A stretch of DNA of 64,000 nt from Neophaeotheca triangularis. Lineage: Eukaryota. The notes beneath the pieces are model-generated. The model saw only the letters and a list, made by a program, of their open reading frames with translations, was not told the origin of the DNA and ran no database searches. The position numbers were made by a program, and so were the translations under genes. Position 1 is the first letter of the stretch; the number at the start of each line of letters is the position of its first letter. Positions 60,240 to 64,000 of the stretch are shown one piece after another. The stretch lies in NCBI GenBank assembly GCA_054600435.1, contig BAAIJX010000015.1, positions 372,001 to 436,000 on the forward strand. The letters run 5' to 3'.

Positions 60240-62212
60240 ATGGAAGCAACGCAGATCCAGGACGAAGGCTCTCAGCCAGGCGCCTCACCGAACATGTTCA
60301 CCGGCAAGAGAGGCAAGAAAGGAGAGAATGTGGCCTGCATTTTCGTGCACGCCGGCGCAGGATTTCACAGCGTTACCAACGAGCACATTCATCTCCAGGC
60401 CTGCCATGAGTAAGTAAAGCACTCTGACAACATTGAGCGCTCTTCACTAACAGTCAATGCAGTGCTGCGAGATCCGCGATGGCGATTCTGAGAAACGGCG
60501 GCTCAGCTGTTGATGCGGTCGAGCTCGCCATTCGTGTGCTGGAAGACCGAGAGATCACAAACGCAGGCTTTGGCAGCAACTTGGCCATGGATGGTGTGGT
60601 GGAATGCGATGCTGTCGTTGTGGATCACTATGGAAGGAGTGGAGCGGCTGGAGCGGTCGCACGTAAGTGGCAGTGCAAATTGTCTTGAACGCAGTCTGAA
60701 GAAGCTAATGAATGATGAACAGAGATAAAGAACCCCATCTCCCTCGCCCGCATACTTCTGGACCACACCACGCAACCGCTCTCACTCCGACGAGTCCCGC
60801 CAAATCTACTAGTGGCACAAGGGGCTACCGCGTTTGCTTACAGCCACGGATTGCCAGTTCTACATTTCGATACGCTCGTATCGCCGGCGGCGAGAGATCG
60901 GTGGCGACGATGGAGGCGCGATCTTCACGCTGCTGAGAAGAGGGCACGCCAGTCCGAACCAACCCGTTACATCAGCGCTCACACTCCCCCTTTGCTGATC
61001 GAAGACAATTCTGACAAAGACACCGAGATTCAGCGCAGGGACCACACGAAACAGCTCGAGACCGGAATGTGGCCTTCTGTCTTGCCGACTCCTTCTGATG
61101 ATCGCGCCATCACAGACGCAGAGCGATCTTGCCGCAGCTCGAATTCTTCAATGTCAACCCAAGTCCCAACCTATACTCCGAGGCGACCGGAAGCAAATGC
61201 TGATCAATACCCATGCGGTCCACCAGACATGAACGAGAGTCCTTCGAGGAATCCGTTCGCGAACAGCACACAGCAATTTGTGCCCACTGCTGGACTTGCC
61301 CGGCCTGCCTCTCATGGTCTGTCGGACGGGGGTCTTTCGGAGTTCGCACACGATAAGCTCGAAGTGCAGGGAGATGACAGCACCCTCTACGCTCGGCAGT
61401 CATCGCGTACGCATTCGGAGATATCTTCACCTCACGCAACGGCTCCATCCCAGGTCTGCTCACCAGCGCGTCTATCTGAGCAACCACCGCTCACCTCCGA
61501 ACCACCAGTGGAAGCGATTCGCACAGCTTTGCCGAACACACCAACGTATGACATCCCAGGATCCAGTACGCCGCTCAACCATGTCCGCGAGACTTCTCCC
61601 CTACCGCCCAGTCCAGAGCGTTTATCCCGGCAGCAAGATGAGGATCACATTACAGATACAGTTGGTGCCATAGCAATCGATCTATACGGTAACATTGCCT
61701 GCGGTGCATCGTCGGGCGGCATTGGCATGAAGCACCGTGGGCGTATTGGTCCGGCCGCGCTTTGTGGAGTTGGAGCAGCTGTGATCCCGGTCGACGCTGA
61801 CGATGAGGAGAAGACAACCGTTGCCAGCGTAGCCAGCGGCACCGGAGAGCACATGGGCACTACTTCTGCCGCCTACACCTGCTCAGAGCGCATCTATCAC
61901 GGACTCAAGAAAATCCCAGGAGGCGGTCACTTTCAGGTCGAGGACGACGATGCCATGGCTAGCTTCATTGAAAAGGACTTCATGGGCCACCCGAGCGTCC
62001 AACACTCTTCTTCCGCTGGTGCCATTGGCATACTCTCCGTCAAGAAGACGGTCGATGGCGCCTGGTTGTACTTTGGGCACAACACGGATTCATTCGCCAT
62101 TGCTTCCATGCATTCGGATGAGAGTAAGCCCCAAACCACCATGAGTCGCAAGTCGGGTAGTAGCTCACTTGCGCAGGGGGGTAGGGGGATCAGATTTCGC
62201 AAGAGGAAATGA
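60240..62212 (+). CDS. TASP1: Threonine aspartase (taspase-1, asparaginase-2/Ntn-hydrolase family)
   Basis: IFVHAGAG, LEDREITNAGFGSNL..VECDA, IKNPISLA, autocleavage D|TVGAIAID, SSGGIGMKHRGRIGPAA, SGTGE. Introns 60410-60462 and 60663-60722. Confidence 0.9.
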
Positions 62213-63624
62213 GAAGGGGGAGGGGGCGGTTGTAGCGGGTGTGCATAGATTGAGGAGGTAGTCTTGCTTTGCTTGGTGGAATAGCGGGCGAGGCGTTCGG
62301 AACACATTGCTTTCAATGTGGCTCTTGCATTTTCCTGAGCTCCTTTGCTTGGTACGCGATACCCTCGTACCTAGCCGCATATGATAACCTGAGAATGAGA
62401 ACACAGGATGAGGATGGTATTGCGCGCACTACGAAGGGATTAACGCTTCGACACTGATGACTTCCTAAGCATCACATGAATAGTCTAATCCTCTGTTGAC
62501 CGAAGCTAACGACACTACGAGGAGAGATATACCCACTGCTCCGCGTGGGCTAATTGCAGTCAAAAGCCGAAGAGGGGAGTAGCTAGAGATCACTGTAGCA
62601 AAAAGTACCACCTTTTCCAAAATCGTCGACTAATCTATCCATAGCATATAGAGTCTTGCTACACAGTCATGGTATGGACTATGGGGGCTGTAAAGGATTT
62701 GAAGATACCTGAGTAATATCTAGGACCACATTCACATGATATTCTGACAGACCTGACTATAAGATCATCGACTACAGCGATTTTACGCTGGAACAGTCAC
62801 GGCTCTATCACGAAGTAGCTGAGGGTGAGTGAATGTTGCCGGGTGGGAAACTTACCCTAAAGGCAAACCCGACTAACTGACTGACGAAACAATCGCTTTC
62901 ATGGCCCGCCCACTCACTACATAAGCAGGCCGCCAACTAACAAAGACAGATGACACCCCTCTAAGCAGCAATCCAAAGAAAGTATACCTCTAAAAAAGCA
63001 ACAATCAGTTATCACCAATGAACGGCTAAATACCTCATGTTAGTAGTAGAAATCATAGCAAGCGTGCTACATAATATATACTTCATAAGCGCCCAGGATA
63101 CATGCCGAGAAGAGAGGCATTATAGTCCACCTACCGTACCCATTACCTCGACGACCATCCCAATCGTAACGATAACGAGTACAAGTCAAAGTATCTTGCC
63201 GTCGGAGATCAAAATGGCTCGGGTGGTGGACTTGGCTTGTAAGTGGATCATGGGCGGGAGCGTTTCTCCTTGAGCTATAATGTAGAGAACACCCCGCTGA
63301 CCTAGTCCTAGAGGTTGTGGTGAGGGGTTTTTCTTCCGTAATGAGCACGCACATGTCGATACTGGCAAGCTTGTTCCATGTCTTTCTTGCTTGCGCTGGA
63401 CTTCGTTGGTGGAAACCTTCAGGAGGGAACGTCTACATCAACAATTACATCGCAGTTCTTTGATCATTGACAATGACTAGACAGATCTGGCCAACCAGCA
63501 AGAAGAAATCTTCACAACGACTATATTTGTTTTGATACTCACGTGACCTTATGCTCGACGGGAAACCACGAGCGAGCTTCACACTCTCGCTTCCGTTCGA
63601 GCCAATCACAACGTCCAAAAGACG

Positions 63625-63721
63625 GGTCAGGTGTCCGAGTGGTTATGGAGCTGCGTTTAGGCCTATCTAAACACTTTTCCGCAGTGGCGTTGCCTCGCGC
63701 GTTCGAATCGCGCCCTGATCA
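63625..63721 (+). tRNA. tRNA-Leu (anticodon UAG) with 17-nt intron 63662-63678
   Basis: Acceptor GGTCAGG/CCTGATC+A; D-loop AGTGGTTA; anticodon stem CTGCG/CGCAG with TAG at 63658-63660; variable arm GGC/GCC; T arm GCGCG-TTCGAAT-CGCGC; downstream T-run. Intron CTAAAC can pair with GTTTAG. Confidence 0.95.
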
Positions 63722-64000
63722 ACATTATTGTTTTTTTTTTCTAAATCTTGTATCTAGTCTTCGTTGGTTTCTTTTTCTTTTCTTTTTTCTCTTTTCCCGC
63801 GTTGGCTCGTAGGCACAAGATGCGTACAGGAGGGAATTGGGGATTTTGCGCTTTTGCGAGAAGAGGTTGTGTCTTTGTCCGGTGCTTTGTAGATGGATGG
63901 CGCTGGATATGCATGGTGACCATCCACACGATCGCGTTTTATTATTATCTGCTTGCCTCTAAAAACTGCCAGGGGAGTAAAAGAAAGAGTTTAAGAATTT

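Noticed and set aside
61000..61650. Long low-complexity insert before the taspase cleavage site
   Set aside because: Disordered inserts at this position are, to my recollection, usual in fungal taspase homologues.
62450..63600. Possible C/D snoRNA or small ORF upstream of the tRNA
   Set aside because: TGATGA occurs, but no convincing D box, terminal stem or guide was found; the ORFs are short and motif-free.
1..64000. CRISPR array or prokaryotic operon
   Set aside because: Spliceosomal introns and eukaryotic genes throughout; no repeat-spacer array seen.

Overview
Eukaryotic, intron-containing DNA from a filamentous ascomycete (probably a Dothideomycete; inferred from gene content and short GT..CTRAY..YAG introns). 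Most of the window is a compact run of conserved genes: GDE1 (partial), DCC1, a phenol-monooxygenase-like gene, a P450, an HRI-type eIF2-alpha kinase, a PPR-like protein, an FPY1-like gene, AIM7/GMF, RAS, an EF-hand NADH dehydrogenase, ALDH, LEA1, DIB1, EXO84, TOM20, kinesin-4, a DENN protein, taspase-1 and an intron-containing tRNA-Leu(UAG). The exception is an accessory block at about 19.5-25.3 kb. A dispersed 5S rRNA gene (minus strand) is split between nt 35 and 36 by a 3067-bp insert (19569-22635). The insert carries an almost intronless squalene synthase, a decayed gene of unknown function, a second copy of the 5S 3' portion plus terminator (97-bp direct repeat) and a 45-nt fold-back end. 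No recombinase gene is present, so it looks like the relic of a 5S-targeted cargo element. A permease pseudogene with RIP-type TGG>TAG stops lies beside it. All gene models were read by eye from splice signals, and family calls rest on remembered motifs, not database searches.
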